Shown: piece after piece, positions 1 through 9,134 of the stretch
How positions within the stretch are numbered: position 1 is the first letter of the stretch
Layout: each line of letters starts with the position of its first letter
Origin: Chitinophagaceae bacterium
GTDB taxonomy: Bacteria > Bacteroidota > Bacteroidia > Chitinophagales > Chitinophagaceae
Direction: 5' to 3'
Length of the DNA stretch: 45,898 nucleotides
Assembly (NCBI GenBank): GCA_037721545.1
Contig: JBBJOK010000001.1
Location: forward strand, 1 to 45,898
Notes under the pieces: generated by a model
What the model saw: the letters and a program-made list of their open reading frames with translations, nothing else
Database searches by the model: none
Told to the model about the DNA's origin: nothing
Made by a program: the position numbers and the translations under genes

Positions 1-7
1 CATTGTA

Positions 8-35
8 TGTCAATTTAATTAATTTTAAATTGACA
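8..35. repeat. Perfect 11-bp inverted repeat with 6-bp spacer (possible operator or recombinase site)
   Basis: TGTCAATTTAA (8-18), TTAATT, TTAAATTGACA (25-35). Confidence 0.6.
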
Positions 36-96
36 CACTTAATTAAGCATACTCCCGGATTTCAATCCTTTTGTCATCACAAGATTACTTCTCGAT

Positions 97-1659
97 TTAC
101 TTCTGACTCGAAAAATATACATTAAAAATGAAGTGATAGATCGTCTTCGTCTTTACAGCAAATTGATGCTTTGATTCATAATAAACCATATCGGTATTTT
201 CAAATTTGTGTTCTTTCCACGAGTCAACAATATAATTCATGGAAGGTTTTGTAATTAACTCTTTATAATCCGCAGCTATTTCCTTTTTTTCAAGATGGTT
301 AATCATAAATATATAGCCCTTTTTTTCAAAATCGGTTAAGTAATTGCATATCTGCTGAGGTGAATTTTTCTTATCCTGGTTCCACCAACCTTTAAATTCT
401 ATAATTTTTTCCCCGAATAGTCTGTGAGATATTTTTAAATCAATTCTTCCGTTTCCTTTTTCTTCTTCGGCTGTAACTGAAGCATCTGGATAACGGGCAG
501 CAAAGAAGTTCTTAAACCAATATCGGAAGGATGTTTCTTTGTCAGGCTTGTTCTCCCTGACATTCATAATACAAGGTTCATTTGTATCATTTTTTTGTAA
601 TCTCCAAAACCCGTCAACAAAGTCTTTAATAAAATCAATATTGTATGCAGGCTCTTTAAAAAGCAAGCTAATCTCTTTCAAAAATGTTTTTTCTCCATTA
701 AGCCAGCCTTTTAATAATTTGATGTATGCTTTTCTACTTCCCCAATCTGATTTATCTAAACCTTCAAGTTCAACTTTCCGTTTTGCTACAAGGATTTCAA
801 CCTGCATTTTTTTAGCATCAGTAAGTAAATTCTTTTGAAATAGGTGTCGGGTATTTATTTCTTTTATGATAGTGAGGGTTGTAGATACTAAAAAGCTAAT
901 TAATTCTTTTTTTGTTTTTATTTTAAAACCAGTGAGACCAGTATAAATATTTGTTTCTCCTTTACCCGAAAGAATTGGCATCTGTCTTTCAAAATATGGT
1001 TTGAGGTGACTAAGAAAACTTAGTTCAAACGGAAAGATTTTCAACCACTCCTTGTATTTACTAATTAAAAAATTCAAATCTGTTTGTTCAACCTCTTGAA
1101 CTGGTTCATTATATTTCCTGATAAACTCTAAAAGATTTTGTTTTTTCTCTGAGGGTATATTGTTTTCGGCTTCAATATTTCTTTCAAGATTATATAAATA
1201 TAATTCTAAGCCTAATGGTGAACCATACCCATCTGGAAATTGTCCGTAACTCACTTTAGTATAATCTATATAATCTGTAATTTCTTTGTACCAATTGAGA
1301 TTTTCTATGCACTTTGAAATGCAATGCCATGTGTAGGAAATAGTGGTTACTAATTTTTCGGGCAAGTAAGAATAATTTTCTTTCTTAAACCATTTAGCAG
1401 TGTTTAGGTTTTTATGTCCTTCACAACAATACGGAAACGCAGCAAATCTTTCTACTCCAATCTGAAATATTTGTTTATGATTTGCACAACAGTTTGGAAA
1501 TCCATTAGGTGCTTGATACCCTTCTAAGGATTTCGTTTCTTTCTGCTTTATCTCAAAGTCTTTACTGCTAATTTGGGCAACATGAACCTTACCACAACTC
1601 ACTGCTTCGAAAGCATTTATCAGAGCTTCAACGTTTACAATATTCATGTTCCCGTACAT
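97..1659 (-). CDS. Hypothetical protein with C-terminal PD-(D/E)xK-like nuclease motif and N-terminal Cys/His repeats
   Basis: Long ORF. EEEKGNGRIDLKI...IIEFKGW near the C-terminus; FPNCCANH and FPYCCEGH near the N-terminus. ATG at 1659 lies 1 bp from the upstream stop (ORF track uses TTG at 1668). Confidence 0.65.
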   Translation of the reverse strand: MYGNMNIVNVEALINAFEAVSCGKVHVAQISSKDFEIKQKETKSLEGYQAPNGFPNCCANHKQIFQIGVERFAAFPYCCEGHKNLNTAKWFKKENYSYLPEKLVTTISYTWHCISKCIENLNWYKEITDYIDYTKVSYGQFPDGYGSPLGLELYLYNLERNIEAENNIPSEKKQNLLEFIRKYNEPVQEVEQTDLNFLISKYKEWLKIFPFELSFLSHLKPYFERQMPILSGKGETNIYTGLTGFKIKTKKELISFLVSTTLTIIKEINTRHLFQKNLLTDAKKMQVEILVAKRKVELEGLDKSDWGSRKAYIKLLKGWLNGEKTFLKEISLLFKEPAYNIDFIKDFVDGFWRLQKNDTNEPCIMNVRENKPDKETSFRYWFKNFFAARYPDASVTAEEEKGNGRIDLKISHRLFGEKIIEFKGWWNQDKKNSPQQICNYLTDFEKKGYIFMINHLEKKEIAADYKELITKPSMNYIVDSWKEHKFENTDMVYYESKHQFAVKTKTIYHFIFNVYFSSQK

Positions 1660-1660
1660 A

Positions 1661-4504
1661 TCATTCAACTTTTTTTATCGCTTTCTTTTTCCTCACTTCA
1701 CTAAACATCCCACTCGTATACTTATCATACAACTCAAACAAAAACTCTATCCTCTTTGTCTCATTTGCAAAGGGTTGTGAACGGTAACATAAATCAACAG
1801 CCTTATCAAGTGCCTGATGAGCTTTTATTAACACCGGTGGCATTGTGTTAGGATCATATAAATCTGCTAAGCTTGCATCTGGAAATTGTGCTTTTGCATC
1901 TAATACTTTTTGTGCAGCTTCTTCTACGTTTTGCTTTTGGTTGTCACTTGGACTTTCTGGGCAAGGGAAATTGTTATAAATTAAAGTGTTTGAATATCTA
2001 AAATCACTCTTCAATCTTCCACATGTGTTCTTTACCCACGCCATGTGCATTAATGAGGACAATAACCCAAAGTGATATTTTGTAGCAGAGGGAAGTGCTG
2101 TACAACTGTCATTTACTATAAACTCTTTGGTAAAGAAGGCAAGGGGAATATATTTTCTGTTTTCAGAAGATGTTCTTGGAATCAATAAAAAATCAGTTAC
2201 TGGTTGTCTTGGCTCTGCAAAAACAGTTGGTGAATTTGCTAATTCTTGTGTTTGTTTTTTTGTACTTATGCTTCTGTATTTTCTAACTCTTTCGATTCTT
2301 TCAATTACTAAAGGCATTGTTTTTAACACTGAAGGATTTGCATCTTTCAGATATAATACCCAACGTGTTCTTCCATTTAAAAATTCATCTCCACTTAATA
2401 TAGGCTTAAAGAACTGTTTAGAATTTGGTTCAACTTTTAAAAAATCTTCCATCTCTTTTTCAGTGAATAAGTAATTTCCTCCATCAACTATTTTATTTCC
2501 ATATAACATTTCGGGAATGGGACACAGTGGCTTTCTTCTTGAGGGGAGAAAGTTATCTTTTCCTTCAACCAAATAAGGATTTATGTTTTTAACTTTTAAT
2601 TCAAGAGGTTCTGACTTTATATTCTCATACTCATATACCACTTTGTCATTCACATCAAAATTTGCAAAACCTATTATAACAACATGCACTGCTGCATTTC
2701 CTCTTGCTTCATTTCTCCAATTAAAGGTTCTGTGCGCAAAATGAATCTTTATTTTGTATTTGTTGAATAACTCATTCCATAAAACTCCAACCTGTTCGCC
2801 TTGCGATATAGAATTGGTTGAAACGAAAGCTGCCTTTGTTTGATGCTCATTGTTATGCTGTACAAGTGTGCGACGCAACGGAAGTTCAATCGGAGTATTT
2901 TTAGCTGACCCAATAAAATTATATTCCTGCATGTACTTCGCGGCTTTGATATACCAGGCAGTTACATAATCTAAAACACCGGCGCTATCCACACCTTGAA
3001 AAGTTAGGTCCATGTCTTTCTTCTGCTCTGCATTCATTAAATGCTTTCCAACAAATGGTGGATTGCCAAAGATGAAATCAAATTTCTGCACACCTTTTTC
3101 CCGAGGCAACGAATCAATCAGGCTTTGCCAATCAACCTGCAAAGCATTACCATGTTTGATTGTTGCACTCTTCACCAACGGAATTCTTTTATAATACTTT
3201 CCAAAACCTAAGCTTGCCAATCCATTCATTTGATGATCCATCAGCCACATAGCAACCTGTGCAATCTGGCTCGGAAATTCTTCATATTCTATTCCATAAA
3301 ACTGGTCAACATCTACAAGAAAATATTCATTAACATTAGTTACCTGCTGACCTTTTAATTCAACCTTTACTATTTCAAGCTCCAATAACCTAAGCTCCCT
3401 GTAAGCAATAATCAGGAAGTTGCCACATCCGCAGGCAGGGTCTAAAAAACTAAGTTTTGTAATCTTGAGATGCAGCGACTTTAATTTCTTTTTGTCAAAT
3501 TTTGAGACTTCAAATTCTTTCCATAATGCATCTAAGAACAATGGCTTAATAACCTTTAAGATATTTTTTTCGCTGGTATAGTGTGCACCTAAATTTCTTC
3601 TTTCAAGGGGGTTCATCACACTTTGAAAAAGAGATCCAAAGATGGCAGGTGAAATTTTACTCCAGTCAAGCTTGCAGCAATCAAGTAATGCATCCCTCAT
3701 TTTTTTATTAAGGTCAGCAGTAGTTAATCGTTCTTCAAACAACTTCCCGTTTACATAAGGAAAAGCTGCTAATTGTTCATCCAATGTTTTTTGCCGTTTT
3801 TCTTCCTGCTTATTTAATACCTGGTAAAGATGGTCAAGATGCTGACCTAAGTCGCTGCCGTCTTCATGTGTACGGGTTGCAATAAATTCATGAAAAGCAT
3901 TCTGCTCAAAGATTGTAGTGTCATCAGCAAAGAGGCAAAATAATAATCTTACAAGAAACACTTCCAATTCGTGACCAGCATAACCACTTTCTTCAAGCTG
4001 ATCGTGCAGTCTGCCCATTAGTTCCGCAGCTTTTATATTTACGGGGTCTTGTTCTTTAAATTCAACTTTTTGGTAGCCTGCAATTGGGCTGAAGAGCCTT
4101 ACATATTTTACAGCCTCACTTAAAGTAAAATCATGTCGCTCTGCATTTTCATCATAAAGATGAAATGTATTAAAATCACAAATGAGAATAAACTTTGGAT
4201 AATTATAATCTGCAAGTCCATGACAATATTCTTTCGCCTGCTTATACGCTTTCTCTAAATTTTCACCACGACTTTTCATTTCAACCAACAGCATGCCGGG
4301 CCATAGCAAATCAATGTAACCAGCAGCTTCGCTAAGCTTCTTTACTTTATGTTCAAACGTTGCTACTTTCTTTCGTTCAATGCCAAAAATATTCAGGAAC
4401 TCCACCAAAAATTCTTTGGCATCAGCTTCTTCACGTTTTGTGTCTTCCCACTTTTTGCTAAAGGTTACTGCTCTGCTTTTTATTTCATTCCAACTAAGGG
4501 GCAT
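1661..4504 (-). CDS. MmeI-like type IIL/IIG restriction-modification enzyme (endonuclease + N6-adenine MTase + TRD)
   Basis: 947 aa; MPLSWNEIK start, GYIDLLWPG...EMKS nuclease motif, GAHYTS, FLDPACGCGNFL (motif I), GNPPF (motif IV), CGRLKSDFRYSN. Confidence 0.92.
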   Translation of the reverse strand: MPLSWNEIKSRAVTFSKKWEDTKREEADAKEFLVEFLNIFGIERKKVATFEHKVKKLSEAAGYIDLLWPGMLLVEMKSRGENLEKAYKQAKEYCHGLADYNYPKFILICDFNTFHLYDENAERHDFTLSEAVKYVRLFSPIAGYQKVEFKEQDPVNIKAAELMGRLHDQLEESGYAGHELEVFLVRLLFCLFADDTTIFEQNAFHEFIATRTHEDGSDLGQHLDHLYQVLNKQEEKRQKTLDEQLAAFPYVNGKLFEERLTTADLNKKMRDALLDCCKLDWSKISPAIFGSLFQSVMNPLERRNLGAHYTSEKNILKVIKPLFLDALWKEFEVSKFDKKKLKSLHLKITKLSFLDPACGCGNFLIIAYRELRLLELEIVKVELKGQQVTNVNEYFLVDVDQFYGIEYEEFPSQIAQVAMWLMDHQMNGLASLGFGKYYKRIPLVKSATIKHGNALQVDWQSLIDSLPREKGVQKFDFIFGNPPFVGKHLMNAEQKKDMDLTFQGVDSAGVLDYVTAWYIKAAKYMQEYNFIGSAKNTPIELPLRRTLVQHNNEHQTKAAFVSTNSISQGEQVGVLWNELFNKYKIKIHFAHRTFNWRNEARGNAAVHVVIIGFANFDVNDKVVYEYENIKSEPLELKVKNINPYLVEGKDNFLPSRRKPLCPIPEMLYGNKIVDGGNYLFTEKEMEDFLKVEPNSKQFFKPILSGDEFLNGRTRWVLYLKDANPSVLKTMPLVIERIERVRKYRSISTKKQTQELANSPTVFAEPRQPVTDFLLIPRTSSENRKYIPLAFFTKEFIVNDSCTALPSATKYHFGLLSSLMHMAWVKNTCGRLKSDFRYSNTLIYNNFPCPESPSDNQKQNVEEAAQKVLDAKAQFPDASLADLYDPNTMPPVLIKAHQALDKAVDLCYRSQPFANETKRIEFLFELYDKYTSGMFSEVRKKKAIKKVE

Positions 4505-4679
4505 AATTTATCTATCTTCAAAAGGAAAAATAACTATTGTTTGGAACATTTTGATCAGCAAACTTCCTTTGAATCCTATTAGCCGGAATAAAAGATTGTA
4601 AACTTTGATAATATTTTTTGGAGATCATTACATTTATAGCTAACACTTATTCATTCAAAGCATATTGAGATAGATAAAT

Positions 4680-5006
4680 TATTGGCAGCGGGTAGACAGA
4701 ATGCGACTGAAGTGAATGTAGGATGTAGTGTAGCGTAATGGAACCCGGTGAGTATTGTAGCGTTGGCTTTGCGAAAAGGAATGTGCATCACTTGCGCTTT
4801 GCTTTGTATGTGGCTAAGTGTGCCACGCTTGTAGCAAATTGTTTAGCTATGAACGTGTTGTAATGTAGCGTAAAGAAGGACGAAATGAACGAAGTGGCAT
4901 CAAGGACACAAGTAGCTGCCGTGACGAATGCCATATGAGCAGCAAGCAGTGTAACAAACTGCGAAGCGTAGCGGAGCACCGAAGGGCAATGCAGGGTCTG
5001 CCAATA
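4680..5006. repeat. GC-richer non-coding element bounded by a 9-bp inverted repeat (MITE-like or structured element)
   Basis: TATTGGCAG (4680-4688) and CTGCCAATA (4998-5006); no credible ORF; visibly more GC-rich than flanks. Confidence 0.35.
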
Positions 5007-5110
5007 TCATAAAAGTTCATAAACAGATTTATTGGCACTGCTGCATTGGTTTGGCGCATCTGATTGCCGAATAGGTATGAGGAACACCTTATTACACTTG
5101 CACCGTGGGT

Positions 5111-5310
5111 CGTTCTGGGCTTGCCGAAGTGGGGGAATAGTAATTCGTCCACCCGGGCTAACTGAAGCTAAATTTATAAATAAAAGTTGATGATTAGCAC
5201 ATAGTTAAATTAATAACGTCAAGCTGGATATGAAGTTAAATTGAAAAACAAAAAGTTGAAACACGGCTTGGGTCAGCTCCCATTTTGGCACAGTTCCTGT
5301 TGTACGCTCG
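5111..5310. repeat. Long imperfect palindromic intergenic element, attC-like
   Basis: TGCCGAAGTGGGG (5122-5134) pairs with TCCCATTTTGGCA (5278-5290) using three G-T pairs; ends in GTTGTAC. Confidence 0.4.
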
Positions 5311-5385
5311 CCCTTCGTCATGGTGTATCAACATGCTTATAGTGTCCTACTACTTAGGGTGTGCCATTGAAGCGTTGGAACAAGG

Positions 5386-5447
5386 CAGGCTCTTTTGCAA
5401 GGTTGGCTTTTGGGTGTCGGCTTTGTGGGCCTTGCAAAATGTGCCTG
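5386..5447. repeat. TTGCAA hairpin element, copy 1
   Basis: CAGGC..TTTTGCAAGG (5386-5402), GT-rich loop, CCTTGCAAAA...GCCTG (5430-5447); homologous to 11918-11983. Confidence 0.7.
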
Positions 5448-5461
5448 ACTTGGGGAGTCGG

Positions 5462-7306
5462 CTAAATTTCAATACCGTATTTCATTTCAAAAAAATTATC
5501 TAAAACATTTTTATCATTCTCTTTCAATACAAAGTTGATTTCTGTTGTATCTAAGTTACAGACACCGAAATTTCTAATATAGTTACTGCTAAATGAGAAA
5601 TAACCTGATGTATAAGGCTTGCTTGTATTTTGAATATAAAACCAAAATATTCTAGACTCCATTAATTTTTTAATGACTGTGAGTTCATCTTTAGATTCTC
5701 CAAGTAACGCAAGACCATTATAAAACAACAGATCTTCATCTGAGTTTATTAAATAGTTAGGGATTTTACAAGCCAAATGAGGAAAAAAAAGTTTATGTTT
5801 CATTTTGCTTAAAGACTGAGTTCTTCCAAATGCGAACCAATTCTCATAGTCTCCTTCTCCATTATCTCTCTTACTAAGGACTTTCTTTTTTGATTCTAAG
5901 TATTTATAAGCTTTAGGAAAGTTTTTCTTTATGAAAGGCTCCTCTAATAATTTGGGCTTTTGACCATTGTCATAAGGAAAAACGACTTTCTCCTTCAGTT
6001 TATTTAAGCTCGATGCTGAATTAAGTTTATTTGAATTAAGAATATTCCGGCATATCTCTTTTTCTATTGGGTATACACTTCCATTCTGTAGATAATAATA
6101 ATCCTTATCCTCTTTTATGGGGTTAAATATATAAATATCATTTTTTAAAGTGGCAATACCATTTCGTGTTTTATAAAGCTGCCCTAATGATATACCAGTA
6201 GATTCTATTTTCGAAATTACCTGGTGATTTTGCAAGTTCCAACCTTTTTTTGAATCAAGGCTATTATAATTAATTGCCTTAAATATATTAATGCTCTTAG
6301 GGAGTTTTTCTGAGGTTTCTGATTTAAAATAAGCAATAGAATCCTTTCTTCTATTAACGACAATACAGATGCATGTGTATGTATACCTAGATTTAAATAT
6401 TTGTTCAGTTCCAAAGTCAATAATTCGAAAATCAAGATATTTTTTTTTGAAGTACTCTCGCAAACTTCTCCCATTTAAGCTTTTGAAAAAGGTATTCATA
6501 GTTATAAAACCCAATATGCCATCAACTGCTAGACTTTCAATTCCAATTTGAAAAAAAGGTATGTATAGATCAGGATGACCTGAATTGCAAACTTCCCGGT
6601 TTTTTAGTTTGAGTTTAGTTTCGATAGTTAGGTTTCTTGAGCATACATAGGGCGGGTTACCTAATATAATGTCAAAACCAGAAAAATTAATTAATACCTC
6701 AACCCAATCAAAGGTTAATGCATCTCCAGTAAACAAGTTGAAAATAAAATGGTTTTTGTCTTCTCCCTCACTCAAAGCTAATATGCTCAGTAGAACTTTT
6801 GCTCTATTAATTGAATAAGGCTGAATATCTAATCCAAAAATTTGAGTTTTAAAAATTTGATAGTAAGTTTTATTCGTTCTTTTTTTAAGTTCTTTCGCTA
6901 CGTTGTAAATAAAGCCACCGCAACCACAAGAGATGTCGGCAATTTTAGAACTTTGAATTTCTTCTTTTTTTTCTAAAAAAGATTGGCTAATTATATACTC
7001 TCGAATAAATAGTGGTGTGTAAACTGCACCATTGATGATTTTGTCAGAAGGTGATATAACGAATTCAAAAATTTCAATTAATTTTTCAATGTCAAACTCT
7101 TTAAGGTCTTTTTTAACGACTTCTATAAATGCAGATAATTTGAAACAATCACTTTCATTTTTCTTATCAAATAAAAACCCTTTAACAAACTCATTATTTT
7201 TGACCACGATTTTATTGATCGTTATATATGCGGAAATGATAAGTTTGTCAACCTCTTTCGGATCAGTTGATACATTTTGACTTAGATATTTAAAAACATT
7301 TTTCAT
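5462..7306 (-). CDS. N6-adenine DNA methyltransferase (gamma class, Eco57I/TaqI-like)
   Basis: GAVYTP, ADISCGCGGF (motif I), LGNPPY (motif IV), DLYIPF; ATG at 7306 forms an ATGA overlap with the upstream stop (ORF track start 7321 is TTG). Confidence 0.9.
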   Translation of the reverse strand: MKNVFKYLSQNVSTDPKEVDKLIISAYITINKIVVKNNEFVKGFLFDKKNESDCFKLSAFIEVVKKDLKEFDIEKLIEIFEFVISPSDKIINGAVYTPLFIREYIISQSFLEKKEEIQSSKIADISCGCGGFIYNVAKELKKRTNKTYYQIFKTQIFGLDIQPYSINRAKVLLSILALSEGEDKNHFIFNLFTGDALTFDWVEVLINFSGFDIILGNPPYVCSRNLTIETKLKLKNREVCNSGHPDLYIPFFQIGIESLAVDGILGFITMNTFFKSLNGRSLREYFKKKYLDFRIIDFGTEQIFKSRYTYTCICIVVNRRKDSIAYFKSETSEKLPKSINIFKAINYNSLDSKKGWNLQNHQVISKIESTGISLGQLYKTRNGIATLKNDIYIFNPIKEDKDYYYLQNGSVYPIEKEICRNILNSNKLNSASSLNKLKEKVVFPYDNGQKPKLLEEPFIKKNFPKAYKYLESKKKVLSKRDNGEGDYENWFAFGRTQSLSKMKHKLFFPHLACKIPNYLINSDEDLLFYNGLALLGESKDELTVIKKLMESRIFWFYIQNTSKPYTSGYFSFSSNYIRNFGVCNLDTTEINFVLKENDKNVLDNFFEMKYGIEI

Positions 7307-8016
7307 ACTAAATAGGGACAATTTAGCTTAGGATCCCATGTCCAATTTGCTGGACTACTTAGCCAATAATTTTCTATTGAATTAATATAGGGTCTCCAAA
7401 TTCTTTCTTGGTATTCCTTACATAAGTTGATATATTGTCTATCTTCTATTAATTTCGAATACAAGCTTGGTGCAAAATTCGAAAGTATTGTACTTACTCC
7501 CAAGATTAATTCCATTGGGAAATGCATCATTCTTGGCACATCTAATTGAAGACTTTCACCATGGTCGAATTCATCGTTTGGTTTAATCTTACTATTTTGT
7601 AAATACTGTAAATGGTATAAAGGATGTACTTCATTTGTTGGACCACTATTGTGGCGGTCAATATGAAATCCCAAGTAATGTAATTTATTCGTTTTTTGAT
7701 TTGTACCCTTCAGGATACTTCTAAAACTTAATGAATTAAATGGATCATTAAGATTAAACCACTCACTATTTTGCGACTCAATATCGATATCAATTATAAC
7801 TTCTACATTTGAAAATCCATTCGGTCGTATATGTTTTAAAGTGGACGTTTCTACCCCAAATGATAGCCCTTCAATCCGATATCCCCAAAGGTGTTCAGGC
7901 AAGGATTCTTTAAAGTCAATAATCTTATAAGATATGGATAGCCTTGAAAGAATACCTAAATAGTCAATCACATCTTTTTTACGGCCACCTTTAAATGATT
8001 TATTACTTATTTTCAT
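7303..8016 (-). CDS. Hypothetical His-rich protein (candidate effector/nuclease)
   Basis: 237 aa, ATGA-coupled on both sides; LGFHIDRH...HPLYHLQY...PRMMHFPME. Confidence 0.7.
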   Translation of the reverse strand: MKISNKSFKGGRKKDVIDYLGILSRLSISYKIIDFKESLPEHLWGYRIEGLSFGVETSTLKHIRPNGFSNVEVIIDIDIESQNSEWFNLNDPFNSLSFRSILKGTNQKTNKLHYLGFHIDRHNSGPTNEVHPLYHLQYLQNSKIKPNDEFDHGESLQLDVPRMMHFPMELILGVSTILSNFAPSLYSKLIEDRQYINLCKEYQERIWRPYINSIENYWLSSPANWTWDPKLNCPYLV

Positions 8017-9134
8017 ACAATTCCCAGCAGTTCTTTAGTATATTCAATTTTTTCAATTTCAGAAGAATGAGGTTTTAAACCTCTATCCGAAAATCCCTCT
8101 CTTTCAAGAATTGCTAAGACTGAAATATATTTACTTTCCTGCCAGGGTTTTAAATCGATAGAAGAATATATTTTAAAACCCTCAAGAGGATCGATAGGTA
8201 CCTTATATCCTTCACATATCGACCAGAACTCCGAACTATTACAGTACTTTAAGGGTTTAGCGACTATTAAATCTTCTAAACCAGATATTCTTTTTAATAT
8301 TTCCACTCTTTTTTCTGCATTCAAAAAAGCTAATCTTTCTCCAGTATTGGAATTAAACCAATCAACAAGTCTATCTGCCCACCATCTATTCCAACCAGTT
8401 GCAAATAATCCTTGGTATTTAATATCCGCTAAAATTCCGGTTGTTAGTTTACTCCAACTGTCGCTTGAGGTCGCTTTCAAATCAATTCCTAATCTTGCAG
8501 CTAATATCTTCTCATTTATTAAAGGATTTGTTTGATGAAAAAAATTCTTAATGATAAAATGGGTAAAATCATAAATAACATTGAGGTTCTCAATTTTTTG
8601 TATAATTCTTTCATCGAGTTTCTTTAAATCTGAATTTCCAAATATTTGAGCAATTTCTCTTTTGTCTGATTGAATCCAAGTATACCCCTCTGCTAGGGAC
8701 AAAAGTTTTATAGAGATTTTCGGCCAATTAGGCGCTGCGTTAGACTTGCTTAGTTTGTAATCAAACAAATCATGACTTGTTTTATCTGCGTTATAAGTTT
8801 GCTTAATGTTTTCTTCTGTCGAACACAATACAATTGGGAATGATTTTATTTCATTTCTTGCTGAGACTGAACGTAATTCAGATGAAATTGCATTAGCATT
8901 AAATTCAGTTCTGTCTTCTCCTGTACCGTCCAGCCTCAAGTCTATTATTAAACCATCAAAACTATTTTCATTTGATCTTCGAATTAACTCAAGTTTTAAT
9001 GTGCTAAATTCTATGAAATTTGAAAGAGGAAACCTTTGAACATCTATTATCCCTGAATCATTAAATCCATTTATTGTGGAAGTTTCTGACAGTCCATTTT
9101 CATCATCTATGTATAAATAAACAGGTTTACTCAT
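8013..9134 (-). CDS. Response-regulator receiver domain protein with unknown C-terminal domain
   Basis: YLYIDDE acidic pocket, DGLIIDLRLD phospho-acceptor strand, YKLSK; no recognisable HTH in the C-terminus; 8-bp overlap with the kinase gene. Confidence 0.75.
   Translation of the reverse strand: MSKPVYLYIDDENGLSETSTINGFNDSGIIDVQRFPLSNFIEFSTLKLELIRRSNENSFDGLIIDLRLDGTGEDRTEFNANAISSELRSVSARNEIKSFPIVLCSTEENIKQTYNADKTSHDLFDYKLSKSNAAPNWPKISIKLLSLAEGYTWIQSDKREIAQIFGNSDLKKLDERIIQKIENLNVIYDFTHFIIKNFFHQTNPLINEKILAARLGIDLKATSSDSWSKLTTGILADIKYQGLFATGWNRWWADRLVDWFNSNTGERLAFLNAEKRVEILKRISGLEDLIVAKPLKYCNSSEFWSICEGYKVPIDPLEGFKIYSSIDLKPWQESKYISVLAILEREGFSDRGLKPHSSEIEKIEYTKELLGIV

Noticed and set aside
539-4601. 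Plus-strand ORFs (539-838, 2127-2474, 3012-3194, 4349-4582, 4380-4601)
   Set aside because: Antisense shadows of well-supported minus-strand genes, with no motifs.
4788-5503. ORFs 4788-4979, 4847-5152 and 5285-5503
   Set aside because: They lie over palindromic GC-richer elements and have no recognisable protein features.
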